A stretch of DNA of 64,000 nucleotides, taken from Octopus sinensis. Its lineage: Eukaryota. A program made the translations under genes and the position numbers. Below are positions 14,801 to 28,219 of the stretch, in pieces. Where the stretch lies: positions 104,904,001 through 104,968,000 of the forward strand of contig NC_043006.1 of assembly GCF_006345805.1 (NCBI RefSeq). Reading direction: 5' to 3'. A model generated the notes under the pieces. That model was not told the origin of the DNA. It ran no database searches and was given only the letters and a program-made list of their open reading frames with translations. The stretch's first letter is position 1, and each line of letters opens with the position of its first letter.

Positions 14801-15898
14801 ACATGTGTGCATATTAATTGCTGTGTCTATTCTCATATGTTACCGTATCTATATATTCAGTAATACATCGAACAGCCTGGAGTATTTCTAATATACCTGT
14901 ATATGAATTCAAATATATTCCAGTCTCACATATTACATAAAATGCACGCTAATACTATTTCATTATCAATTAACGAGAAAACAATTAATATAGATAGAAA
15001 AGAATCAGCGTTGTGATTTTCGTATTCATCTGTCTCGATTTTTAACCATAATATATCACAGTATTGTGATTTTTCCTTTAGTTTCTGGTAAACTCTGATC
15101 AAGCAGAGCCATGATATAATCAAAAACATTTAAGTCAATCATCCCGTTATCTGTTTAACGACATGATGTATCCAAGTGAACGTTAATAGCGTTTGTTATA
15201 TTTTAGCAGACGTTGAAGATGTCATTTAACGGGAATCATAAGTAATCAGATTATTTCACTAGCTTTTCGATTTTCAATTCTAAACAATTTGGATGATGTA
15301 CAAAAAATATTAAATGTCAACGAAATCCGGTCTCTCTTTAAATTTGAGCTTAAGTACCCATCTTTATATGTTCATAATTGAAAGATTTGAATACTTACCA
15401 AAGTGTCAATTTGAAGAAATTATGATTAGGGGTTACAAGCTCTAATACCTAGCGCAAAGGGGTATAGAGTTATATTGCCAATTTAGGTGTTATGTGTAAA
15501 TGGATGTGTGACTGTGCGTGTATGTGTGTGCGTGTGATGCCTCTGTGTGTGTATGTGCGCGTGTGTATGTGTGTTTATAGTTTTAGTAAAACCAAAAAGG
15601 CAAATAAAACTCAATAAATGAGTATATATATTAATCTCACTAATTGACAAAAACTTATTTAAGTGACTCCAAAGTCATGACTTTCGAACATGGAACTTAT
15701 CAAAATATTATAAGTTTTGGGAACGGAATTTTCGACCCTGCAATTCCTTATGTTTAAATTATATTAGAGATATGTAAACCGCGTGCTTTTTCCTTCTTTT
15801 ATTTTATACATATTTTTTATTTTATCTATTTAAAAAAAAAAATCCATGTGAACATGTGCACAAGGAATGTATAAGTAGAGGCTCGGTGAAAGGAGAGA

Positions 15899-15933
15899 GT
15901 TTCACATTTCGAGCATAGCTCTTCGTCCTAAAC
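15899..15933 (-). ncRNA. Degenerate ultra-minimal hammerhead motif (family H1) with adjacent inverted half-copy
   Basis: gttt-agGACGA-A-GAGC tat GCTC-GAAatgtg-aaac. Inverted half-copy gctccaaacgtcaaactctctc at 15955-15977. Confidence 0.45.
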
Positions 15934-16188
15934 GATAATCCGACCAAGATTAGTGCTCCAAACGTCAAACTCTCTCTTTCCAACGAACGTCCAGTTAGTA
16001 CATTTCTTCTGCACGTCATCACGTTCGTTTCTCTCGTTTTTTTATTCGTTTATTTGAATTGACTTTTTACTTCACGCTCACACGGACCGTTCAAGTCTTT
16101 CCGACTGTTTTGAGTAACCGGTTCATGGATTACCCTTCCATTACGTTACTTTTTCATTCATTCGAAGTACGTCGTTTCTGCATCTTTG

Positions 16189-16225
<37 letters not shown>

Positions 16226-16227
<2 letters not shown>

Positions 16228-16410
16228 GAAGTTAATCCAAACAAGAAAGCACAAAAAAACACAACGACGTGGAACAAATATAGTATTATTGGACGCTCAG
16301 GAAAGAAGGAAAGAGGGAGGACTTAACGTTGCGAGCGGAGCTCTTCGTCGGAAACATAGGAGAAGGAAAGATCCAGAGAAGAGAAGACAGAGGAAAAAAA
16401 ATCGCCAACG
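16226..16410 (-). mobile_element. Short PLE-terminus-like repeat in (TA)n carrying an H1 hammerhead motif (16321-16355)
   Basis: Homologous to 24497-24693. Minus strand reads gttt-CCGACGA-A-GAGC tcc GCTC-GcA-ACGT-T-aagt. Confidence 0.6.
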
Positions 16411-17667
16411 ATTATATATATATATATATCATAGCTGCAAACTTGTATTCGAGCATTACCATCACCTTATCGAATGTCCCGTATATGCAAAGGCTACCAG
16501 CCATTTTTGTGATAGGTCTTACTTTTTTTTCAAGCGATACCTGTGCGTGGGGATTTTTTTTTATAGTAGGGAAAGGCATTACACGAATCCAATCCCCCTC
16601 TCTGAACATGTACAACATAAACTCGAGAAGAACTAGTCTACATAATCGAAAATTATCAGTGTCGCAGATTTTCTCTCAGAGTTTCCCTTTCCTAGAGAGA
16701 TGTTGTGACAACAACATCGGCGCTTCCCACTCCCAGTGGATCAACCGCGTGCCTGGACAACAACCCAGTTATTTCCACGTCCCTGCGCATGCATACAAGC
16801 ATATATACATACATATATATATAGATATTGTTGGATGGCAGCTCACTACTCATGAGCTCTTCTGCCCTTTGACAGGTTTTATATTTCGTCCTGCAGGGTG
16901 TCCATCAATTACCCTCTTCAACAAGCAAGCTTGATGAGGTTGCCAGTTAAGTCGCACGACCCACCCGTTCAACAAGTTGTAGTGGGTTACATGTTACCAA
17001 TAGCGACCTCTTATGCGCGCGCACACACGTGTGTGAGTGTGTGTATGTGAATGTGTGTGTGCATGTGTGTGTGCATGTGTGTGTGCATGTGTGTGTTTGT
17101 GTATAAAATTGCGTTTAAGGTATGAGGTATGTAGAATAAGTGCTCGGGTTGGTCTGCCACTAACACTCCGACTTGAGCTGAAATTAAAACAAAACGAAGA
17201 TCATGCTATAGATGACCAGCAATGAATGGCTGTAAGTGGTTACACATTCAGCAGATATAGCATTATTAAGAAATACTAAGAACACTTCAAAAACGATTGC
17301 CACAACCTTGCTATTTTAAGATCATTCTACACCTACAACTACGTCAGAGGTAAGCTCTATGTCAAGTTTCTGTAAATAGCAATATCCTTACATTCTACTG
17401 AACGCTAAGCAACGAATATTTTCTTCATCCATTTTAATTTGAAACGGACCTAAGGCAAAAAAACCGTGATGAAACTGCACTGACAATATTGCAATGTTGT
17501 ATCTGCAACAGTGTGCAGTCTCTGCAGTGGAAACGCATGTAGATCATGGTAATACGCTTAAATAACTGTAAAATAAATTATCGATGTGCAAATCTCATTT
17601 CTCCTTATTACTGATGCGTGTGCATATATATATATGGAGTGTGCATATGCGTGTGCATATATATATA

Positions 17668-18067
17668 CAGAGTGGCTGTGTGGTAAGTAGCTTGCTAACA
17701 AACCACATAGTTCCGGGTTCAATCCACTGCGTGGCATCTTGGGCAAGTGTCTTCTGCTATAGCCCGGGCCAACCAATGCTTGTGAGTGGATTTGGTAGAC
17801 GAAACTGAAAGAAGCTGTCGTATATATGTATATATATATAAGTGTGTGCGTATATGTTTGTATGTTTGTGTGTTGTCCCCCTAGCATCGCTTCACAACGA
17901 TGCTGGTGTGTTACGTCCCGTCACTTAGCGGTTCGGCAAAAGAGACCGATAGAATAAGTACTGGGCTTACAAAGAATAAGTCCGGGGTTGATTTGCTCGA
18001 CTAAGGCGGTGCTCCAGCATGGCCAGTCAAATGACTGAAACAGTAAAAGAGTAAAAGAGTAAAAGAG

Positions 18068-18068
<1 letters not shown>
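17668..18068 (+). mobile_element. SINE family A, full length
   Basis: Full head, internal microsatellite, tail (taaaagag)n. Confidence 0.9.
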
Positions 18069-18099
<31 letters not shown>

Positions 18100-18135
18100 T
18101 AGAAGAGGTAATAAACAGATCATGTCATATCAGAT

Positions 18136-18175
<40 letters not shown>

Positions 18176-18974
18176 TTTATATTTTATCTAGTTTCAGCTC
18201 ACGAGCTGTGGCCATGCTGGGGCACCGCCATATATATTTAGAATCCCACGAAAGACTCGTCCTTTCCTTCACTTTCCTTCTAATTGTTGTTTCGACTGTC
18301 CGCCTTTGTATCGTCCATCTATCCGCATCCGAATGTTTTATCGTCCTCTATTGCGCTTTTGTTCCATTATATATATATATATTGATTCTTCCGTCTATAT
18401 ACTGTTACACACTCTCTCTCACTCTCTCTCTCTCTTTTCTCCCCTCCTTAATTCATTTGGTCCTCTTTTTCTCTCTCTTCTCTTCTCACGTGACCATTGG
18501 CCGACTGCTAGCACATTTTGCCTTTGACCACGGTCAATGCCACATCGATATTCTTCCCTCTGCCATAGAACTTAATTCCCAACATGCCAGCTGAATTCAA
18601 TTCGTCCCCAGTCGAAAGACCCCTGTTGGTATGTCCTGTTATTAATATTATTATTATTATTATTATTATTGTTTTTTTGTATTATTTTTGTATTTATATT
18701 CGTGTAACATCGTCCGTTTTTCCGTCCTTGTTTCGTATACATTCGATGCTTTTTTTTCCAAGGAATCTAATGCTCTTAGCTTAGTTTTTCCTTGGGGCTG
18801 GCCAGATTGGAGCAATTTCAAGATTAATCAACCGAAATTGGCAGTTGTGAAGCTCCCACAACCTAACAGCTGGTCCTTATAGCATGCATTCGAAATAGAC
18901 TGTGACAAATAAGTTAGACCCATGATCTTATACATAGCTTGGACTCTTGGGAAGTCGGAGTTGTTTGTACTTTA

Positions 18975-19155
18975 AGGCAGCTAGCTGGCATAATCGTCAG
19001 CACGCCAGTATTTCGTCTGCCGCTATGTTCTGAGTTCAAATACCGCCGAGGTTGACTTTGCCTTGCATCATTTCGGAGTCGATAAATTAAGTACCAGTTG
19101 CGTACTGGGGTCGATTGGCCACCTCCCCGAAATTTCAGGTCTTGTGCCTATAGTA
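18975..19155 (+). mobile_element. SINE family B
   Basis: Consensus match. Confidence 0.8.
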
Positions 19156-19169
19156 AAAATGAGTTGTTT

Positions 19170-20630
19170 ATACTGAGAGGGAAGAGCAGAGGGAACAAAG
19201 GCGAGCGCTGGCATTGCAAAATCCGTGTTGACATAAACGTAGCACGTGACAGTTTGAATATATGTCAAAGAGAACTGTTGCTCTGCGACCATACCAAACC
19301 CATAGAAAGGGATTCAGGATTAAACCCGAGGATGAATGCAGAACGACATTCTCACTGGCGTAGCTTTATTGGTACCCACCAAGCAGACACAGAGGACAGT
19401 CTCTCCACGAGAACAAAACACGAAAAATAGCAATCTAACTGTTTGTCTTTTACTTGCTTGTCTGAAGGGTCAGTGTTTCACAGAAATGTGTGCGTTATAT
19501 GTGAGAGAAACTAGTTTCTTATTGGTAAAGGAATCTGACGACACCAGAAAGCATGACGCGTCAGCGTTGCTGTGAAGGACTCAGTGCTGAAGAAAATGAA
19601 TGAGTAAATTCGCGGTGATATAGTCTTTAATTCGTGTCCATACACCTGGAGTTTCTTTGAACTTTGTTGCAATGATCAAAGTCTGTATTCTACATTCGAA
19701 GCAAAAACTCTCGACAATAATAGAGGATATCCAAATTCAGGAAAGTTACTGCCGCTGATGACTTTTGTATAAGAATAGATGCCAACCAGGCCTTCAGGTC
19801 AAGCTATTTACGGTGATATTGGACAGACGTCGTTAATGATAATGGACAGCGGCTGTTGTGCATGCTCCACTAATTATGTCTCCAACATTTATTTCCAGAG
19901 CAAAGTTCATCACAATGTGATGCACAAACTAGCACGTGATTGATTACAAAACCAGCACCAATTTGCTTTAATAATAACAAGACGCCATCAGTTTGCATAT
20001 CTGGTCGTCATTTGATATTTTCGAAGTTCTAACTCCGGCACGAAAAGCTGTCTAGTTCACTGCGGCATCAGGTTTCTATTACGGTGCACTCACTGCGCTT
20101 CAAGAAAGCAGTACAACAATGCTAGCAAAGACCAATATCCAGAAAATACATCCCGTTCATTAAGTCAAAGGATAAGCTCTCTGTTGGTTGGTCAACGAAC
20201 ACAACATATCAAAAGCCCGGAGTAACGGAAGTAGTCCCTGGCTTGTTAATACAAAGTTCACCCAACACTTGTGGGTAACACCTGAGCTCTCTTATAACAG
20301 AAATATGAAGTTGCTGACCATAAATTTCAGAAGGTGAGGAAATATTGCAAAGGTGCGCTCTTGTTTGTGGTGGCAACTACACAGAAGTGTCAGAACAAAA
20401 GGATAAGTTGATGCTTACTACACAGGGAAAAGCGCTGTTTGGGAAAAACGAAAATCATATCTGACGATGAATGACCGGCAATGACTACATTTGTAGATAC
20501 TCTTATAGGGGTCACCATTCTCGCGTTCCTCTCAACAGTCTCGGCAGATTTTCTTCTGCTAATAAGACAGAAGCGAGACAATCCAAGTACGCATTCTTGG
20601 TAAGGACATCTAGCAGATGCTGCCTTTGCA
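19170..20630 (+). mobile_element. Decayed RTE LINE fragments (C-terminal piece, then APE endonuclease/linker)
   Basis: RGNKGERWHCKIRVD; DVVNDNGQRLL; VSNIYFQSKVHHNV..IDY. Many stops and frameshifts. Confidence 0.6.
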
Positions 20631-20940
20631 TAAATATATGCATATCTGTATATGCATATAAATGAGGATTTATATAGGCACATATACATATAAATGCATG
20701 CATAGACACCCGGCCAAACACACATACACGCACAGAGAGAGAGACACACACAGACACAGACACGCACACACATATATATATAAATATATATATGAATATA
20801 TATATATATATAACTGTGATCACCGTGGCCGACCAGGCTATAAGATGTTGCTGCACATCGCTGGTAACAATGCGCTTCGCATCGTTTTAGCCTTAAAATG
20901 ATGCCATCCTGCTGGCTAAGTGAGCATGCCAATATATATA

Positions 20941-21010
<70 letters not shown>

Positions 21011-21166
21011 TATATATATACACGCATGCATACACATTTTTATCTTTGTATATGTATATTAACTATATATGAATGCATATAAACATATGCATATGTTTAT
21101 ATGTATTTATACACGTCTACATATATACTCTATATCTATATACAAACAAACACACGCATACGCACG

Positions 21167-21201
<35 letters not shown>

Positions 21202-22544
21202 GTAGTTAGGTATGTACATATGTATGAATGCATGAATGTATAAGCTTCCGTGTGTTCTGCTCATCAGTCTGTTTGAATAAAGGAAAGGTGTGTACATCTA
21301 AGGAACTGCGCAGTTTCTGTGAAGATGACGTCAGTGCAATATAGTTCTGGAGAGACGAGCGTCCCTTTATGTCGATATCACATGATTGAAACAATAGACC
21401 TAAACGATTCTATTGGATCGCAATTGGATCGTTCACACGGACACACGTACACACAGATATATACGCGCACTCACACAGAAATACATGCACACGTGTATGC
21501 CTATAAAAATACTGATATGCATATGTGTCTCCATGTGTGTGTCTGTGTGTGTGTGTGTTTGCACATAGTTCTATATGTGTATGTGTGTATGTGTGCATGT
21601 ATGCATGTATATATGCGGGTGTGTTTGTGTGAGAGTATATACATTTAGAAATATGTAGATTAATATCTAGGTGATGGAGATACGTTGAATACATATGTTT
21701 TCCACGTAGATGTAATATTGTATAGAATGTGTATGTTTAAGTTTATGTATGTATGACTAGCTCTGGGTATGTGCATGTGTATATGCGGGTATATATGCAT
21801 GTAATATGCGAGCATGTTTATAGGTTTGTGTATATACGCGCGAATATGCATTATATATGCTTTCATTCTTACATGTAAATAAGTAAACACGAACAGTTGT
21901 GATAGAAAGAGGGAATTAGAAGTTGTACATGTGTGTGTGCGTGTGTGTGCGTGTGTGTGTTACTGTGTGTTAAAGTGTGTACGTGTGTGGTGTGTGTGTG
22001 TGTGTTTTAAAGTGTGTGCGTGCACAATTGTTTGCATGCTTGAATTTTTTATGCGATTATAATAACTTTATGATTTGGCACCTTGATGCATTTAATATTT
22101 TGTTCAGAAAAGCGATCACGGACCCCATCCGATTTCGTGGTTTTCATTTGAAGTTTCAGTTTTATGTACCTTAATTTAATTCCACAGGTGAAAAAGCATG
22201 CGTTTTCCGTGCTACTGTGTTCTTTCTTTCGCTATAAATCCGTGACGTTAATACATTTATATAAAAAAAGAACAAAAACAGTAATATCGATCAGGTGCTA
22301 TTTTGTGTCTGTGTGTTCGCGGGAAAGCGAGTATATTTTTTCATCTGTTCTGTGTATATACGTCGTAGGTTTTTTCTGTGCACTTGCTAATTGTTTTGAA
22401 TAAGATGGAAACGTGCCGAACGCATGAAACTTTCGGCGAAACGGTTTCAGTCCCCGATTAAAAAACATTTAAATTTGCTTATGATTTAAGGAAAGATATG
22501 AAGAATCTGTTCATGTTATTTGAAAGATACTTTTAGTATCGTGA

Positions 22545-22858
22545 CGTCGCATGGCTCAGTGGTTAGAGCGTCCAGCGTGAGGTTGTGAGGCTGCGAGTTG
22601 TGTTCTTGAGCAAGACACTTTATTTCACGTTGCTCTCGTTCACTCAACTGTAGAAATGAGTTGCGACTTCACAAGTACCAAACTGTATTTGCCTTTCCCT
22701 TGGGTAACACTGGCGGCGTGGCGTGGCGTGGAGAGGAGAGGCCGGTATGCATGGGCGATTGCTGGTCTTCCATAAACAACCTTGCCCGGACTTGTGCCTG
22801 GCAGGGTAACTTTCTCGGTGCAATCCCTTGGTCAGTCAAGACTGAAAGGGGGTCTCAT
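22545..22858 (+). mobile_element. tRNA-derived SINE, family D
   Basis: tggctcagtggttagagcg head plus cttgagcaagacactttatttc. Body shared with the minus copy at 24756-24960. Confidence 0.8.
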
Positions 22859-23500
22859 CTTTTAGGATCACATTATGTCATTACCGTTGTTGGCTATTTT
22901 GTAGTACTTCTACAACCATCTTAGTGGAAAAGGAAGATTCAGCAAAGTTAGAAGAAATTCATTGGCAAGCGGGAATGCTTGATAGCAGCACGAAGCATGA
23001 AGGCGTCTATCAGCGGTTTTCTTATAAAAGTTTATTCGCTTTGTTTACCGCGCGTGGTTTTCTCTGGAGTTTCAAGCTTTATTTTTGTGCTGCCTGAACT
23101 GCTACAGCGCATGGTATGAAGAAGCAGCCTGGAGGACGGACTTGGAATACCGAGTTGGGTTGGGGTTAACGCACATGCAACCATTCTATTTATTTATTTC
23201 TATTTTTGTCACACACTTAATGTTGCTGACGTTTTAGGTGTGCAGCATATCAGCTACAACTGGTAATGAAAAATTTACGCGGATACACTGTTTTGCCAGT
23301 TGACATGAAGAGCCATAGAGTCTGGTGGATAAAGAAAGTTATGTAATGTGGTCGACAGTTGCGTAATCACGATGAAGATATGAATATAGAGGAACATAAA
23401 TTAAGGAATTATAAAGAATCAAAATAATGCTGTTTCTTTTGATGGGATGGGAAGAAAGAATGTATTTTGGGAAGGGGATATGTAATAAACACATTGTGTT

Positions 23501-23593
<93 letters not shown>

Positions 23594-23599
23594 TACATA

Positions 23600-23960
23600 A
23601 GCGTAGGCGTGGCTGAGTGGTAAGGAGATTGCTTCGCTTCTCAGCCACATGTTTCCGAGTTCAGTCCCACTGCGTAGCATCTAGAGACTCGGACTGACCA
23701 AAGCCTTGTGAATAGATTTGCTACCCCGTCGTGTATATGTGTATGTAAGCGCGCGCGTCTCCTTTTTGTTTGTGTTTGGTCCCCATCATCGCTAGCAAAG
23801 CGGTATTGGTGAGTGCGCGTCTCCATAACGTAGCAGTGAGCGATAGAATGAGTACCAGGCTTAAACAAGTAGTACTGGCGTCGATTCATTCGACTAAAAA
23901 TTCAAGGCGGTGTCCAAGTATAGCCGCAGTCTAATGATTGAATCAAGTAAAAGATAAAAA
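23600..23960 (+). mobile_element. SINE family A (diverged)
   Basis: Consensus match. Confidence 0.8.
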
Positions 23961-24465
23961 ATGTGTACATACACACACTCACACACACGGACACAGACAC
24001 ACACGCACACGGACGCACGCACGCACACACACGTGTGTGTGTGCTTGTATGACTTATACACGTCCGTATGTGTAATTGAAAATGATACATGAGCTACGGG
24101 AAATAATTTCAATTGACCAATAAATGGAAGTCCCAGATGGAGTTTTAAAAACACAAGTTTAAGTTGAGGCTTCTGATGTTCTATAAGGCCTCAAATATGT
24201 TTTGCAATATATGACAAACATTCCTCAAGCGAATAACTTTTTTCATTTTCAACTAAAAGGCTTCATTTCTTGAGATATTGAATCAATTTTTCAAAGCGAT
24301 ATGAAGATTGTTGACAAACAAAGAGCACGTAACAGGGCCTCATCAGAAAGCTATAGTCCGCGGAAATCTTTACTGACAAAGGTACAATAGATTTCAAATA
24401 TAGCCTTTATTGATAGTTTGCAAATACAGCTAGTTAGTCATCGCTTTCTCTCGCTCTATTTATAT

Positions 24466-24496
<31 letters not shown>

Positions 24497-24693
24497 ATCC
24501 AAACATGAAAACACAAAGAGGAAACACAACAACGCGAGGACGTGGAACAAATATAGTATTATTGGACGCTCAGGAAAGAAGGGAAGAAGGAGGATTTAAC
24601 GTTTCGGGCGGAGCTCTTCGTCAGGAACATAGGAAAAGGAAAGATCCAAAGAAGGGAAGACGGAGGAAAAAAATCACCAACGGTACACACGCG
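24497..24693 (-). mobile_element. Short PLE-terminus-like repeat in (TA)n carrying an H1 hammerhead motif (24594-24628)
   Basis: gttc-CTGACGA-A-GAGC tcc GCcC-GAA-ACGT-T-aaat. Homologous to 16226-16410. Confidence 0.65.
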
Positions 24694-24755
<62 letters not shown>

Positions 24756-24758
<3 letters not shown>

Positions 24759-24960
24759 ATCCCCTTTGGTCATGAATGACCATAGGTTTGCACCCGGAAA
24801 GTTAGCTTCCGAGGCACAAGTTCGGGCCGGTTTGTTTATGGACGATCAACAGTCGGCCATGCATATCGGCCTTCCCTCTCCACGCCACCTATGTTACCCC
24901 AGCGAAAGGCCAAGGCCGATACAGCTTGGTACGAGTGACATCGCAACTTATTTCTACAGA
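24756..24960 (-). mobile_element. SINE family D body
   Basis: Reverse complement of the 22650-22858 segment. Confidence 0.75.
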
Positions 24961-25304
24961 TGTATGTATGTATATAAAAGTGTATTCGTTAGCAGATATA
25001 TTCAGTGGTACTTCAAGAACTCGCGAGGACTCACTCGTACTCACATGCGCACAAAATGATACGCTGACACACATCCACAATCAGAGAGAATTACAGTAAC
25101 ACACACAGATATACATATTTAGAAGAAAAAATATGAGGAAAGAGAGTGGGGTGAGAGAGAGAGAGAGAGAGAGTGAGGAAGAGAGAAAAGAGAAGGGGAA
25201 AGATAGAGAGGAGAACAACAATAGAGAGGCAGGTCTATAAATTTCAAACGGAAACGACGTTATAGGGAGACAAAAGGGGATTATATAAGTATATATACGT
25301 TTAT

Positions 25305-25537
25305 ATATTTCTTTACTACCCACAAGGGGCTAAACACAGAGAGGACAAACAAAGATAGACAAACGGGTTAAGTCGATTATATCGACCTCAGTGCGTGACT
25401 GGTACTTAATTTATCGACCCCGAAAGGATGAAAGACAAAGTCTACCTCGGCGGAATTTGAACCCGGAACATATCGGCAGACGAAATACGACTACGCATTT
25501 CGCCCGCGTGCTAACGGTTCTGCCAACTCGCCGCCTT
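25305..25537 (-). mobile_element. SINE family B with TSD
   Basis: Flanking direct repeat tataagtatatatacgtttatat on both sides. Confidence 0.85.
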
Positions 25538-25611
25538 ATAAGTATATATACGTTTATATCTTTGCTGAAGATTTGCGAGAGCGAGAGAGAGAAAGAGGGA
25601 GAGAGAGAGAA

Positions 25612-25648
<37 letters not shown>

Positions 25649-26046
25649 AACAGATAGACAGACAGACAGAGAGAGCACAGTGTAGAGGAAGATAAAAGAT
25701 AGAAAGAACGAGAAAGAGAGGGAAAAAAACAGCAGAGAGCTAATACTAATTAGATGACCGAGAAATAGTTGTACGAACAACGCGCATGTGCGCCTAATGC
25801 ATTGTAGCTGCAGCAGGCTCGGTGTACTTCTATAAACAAACTGCAGCACGCATACTTAAACGGCAGAGCCGCTGCATGCATGCAAGCACGTACAGGCATA
25901 CGCACACCTGTAAGCACGCACATACGCATATCTATACATGCTGTTCTATATACATTGGCACGCACCTTTAACACATTAATTTAAGAGTAAATATAGCAAT
26001 GCGCGTGCTCACATACATTTGCGCACACTAAGATATGGATATACAG

Positions 26047-26291
26047 AATATTCTTTTATTCTTTTATTCTTTTACTTGTTTCAGTCATTTGACTGCGGTC
26101 ATGCTGGAGCACCGCTTTTAGTCGAGCAAATCAACCTCAGGACTTATTCCTTGCGAGCCTAGAACTTATCCTGTTGTTCTCTTTTGTCGAACCGCGAGGG
26201 TATTGAGACGTCAACGCACCAGCATTGGTTGTCAAGCGATGTTGGGGCGACAAAGACCGACACAGAGACATACACATACACACATACATGC

Positions 26292-26356
<65 letters not shown>

Positions 26357-26742
26357 CGAAGTCCTTTTAGTTTCCGTCTACCAAATCCACTCACAAGGAT
26401 TTGGTCGGCCCGAGACTATAGAAGACACTTGCCCAGGCTGCCACGTAGTGGGATTGAAACCGGAACCATGTGGTTGGTAAGCAAGCTGCTTACCAGACAA
26501 CAACTCCTGCGCCTATTATATATGTGTGTGTGTGTGTGTGTGTCTCTTTTACTTGTTTTCGTCATTTCACTACGGCCATGGTTGAAGGGTTTTAGTCGAC
26601 CAAATGGAGCCCAGGAGTTATTTTTCTTTCAAGTCTGGTACATGTTCTATCCGTCACTTTTTGCCGAATAGCTAGTTTACAGGGACGTAAACACACCAAT
26701 ACCGGTTCTCAAGCGGTAGACTGGTACAAATACAGACACAAA

Positions 26743-26786
<44 letters not shown>

Positions 26787-26910
26787 GACACACAAACACA
26801 CACACATATATAGAACGAGCTTCTTTCAGTTCCTGTCTATCAAATCCACTAACAAGACTGAACCCGGAACTACTTGGTTGGGTATCAAGCTTTTTACCAA
26901 GCAGCCATGC
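26047..26910 (-). mobile_element. Two tandem SINE family A copies
   Basis: 26047-26512 near full length; 26545-26910 diverged. Confidence 0.8.
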
Positions 26911-27035
26911 TCATATATACATATATGTGTGTGTGTGTGTATAAAAACGGTAAGACAACAAAAGAATGAAAGAGACCTCGATATTATGTAAATAGAAAAA
27001 TCTATCTGTAAATGTGACAATTATTCGGTAGCCAT

Positions 27036-27095
27036 GAAAATCTCCGAGTTTCGGATGCAGAGGTGGAAATCCACTTCGCCACCTCTTCAGTTATC
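27036..27095 (-). ncRNA. Degenerate type I hammerhead motif
   Basis: gataa-CTGAAGA-GG..(hairpin)..CC-GAAAC-tcgga-GaT-tttc. The cleavage triplet appears mutated. Confidence 0.45.
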
Positions 27096-27270
27096 CGTCC
27101 ATCGGGAAAAAAATGCAATTAAAATGACCGTTAAACAAAGGGAAATTACTGTGTGATTGAACGTTAGTAAGACAAAAGGGCTATTTGAATGACCGCTAAG
27201 TAAGCCGTGGGAGTAAAGGTAAGGGGACAAAAAAGTTCATAGTATTCGCGTAAGCTCATATGTACATACC

Positions 27271-27378
27271 TACACATGCGCGCAGCACACCCACGTACAT
27301 GCGCGCCCGCACACCCACGTACATGCGGCCCCGCGCACCGACGTACATGCGCGCCTGCACACCGACGTAATTGCGCCT
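27271..27378. repeat. ~24-bp GC-rich minisatellite, about 4.5 units
   Basis: (acatgcgcgcccgcacacccacgt)n variants. Confidence 0.85.
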
Positions 27379-28173
27379 AAAAGTATACACTCATCCTCCC
27401 ACACTTGAAACAGGCACAATCTCACCCGCCCCATTCACCAATATATATATATATATATATATACATACATATACAATCCCACACACACGCAGGCGCACCA
27501 AAAAGGTTCATACACACGTCTGTATACACACAGGCACAAGGAAGTCAGGGCTAAGGGCAACAATACAGTAAAAAAGTCGTAATGGAGTATAAAAATAAGC
27601 AATGAGAGTACAACACGTCTATATATGCACATACCCGTATGCACCCACACACACACACGTCTAAATACGCGCATACAGGCACACGTCTATATGCGCACGT
27701 GCACAAGAAAAATAGCCCTGTTCGTGTATGTGCGCATATAGACGTATGTATGAACTTTTTTGTGCGCCTGTGTGTGTGTCAGTGTGCGTATATAGACGTG
27801 TGCGGTTATGCGCGTATTTAGACGTGTGTGTGCGTTCATACGTGTATGTGCGTATATAGACGTGTTATACTCTTATTGCTTATTTTTAAACTCGCTTATA
27901 CCTTTTTTTGTATTGTTGCCTTGTGAGTGGATTTGGTAGACGGAAACTGAAAGAAGCCCGTCGTAAATATATATATATATACGCATATATACATTTGGGA
28001 GATCGTCTTAACCTGATTTGCCTTCGGTTGAAATCTGTAATTAGCATCAGTGTATTGTGGCGATTTAAATAAGATTTTTGACTGTTATATCCAGCAGGTA
28101 GGCATAGTTATTATGTCCTTTGATTAATGTCAATCCTTCAGATATATATACATATATACACACGGGCGCGCAC

Positions 28174-28213
<40 letters not shown>

Positions 28214-28219
28214 CTAGTG

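Noticed and set aside
22545-22600. tRNA gene
   Set aside because: The A/B boxes belong to a SINE head and there is no complete cloverleaf. The same applies at 30621 and other SINE heads.
27271-27378. CRISPR-like array
   Set aside because: Contiguous minisatellite without spacers, in eukaryotic DNA.
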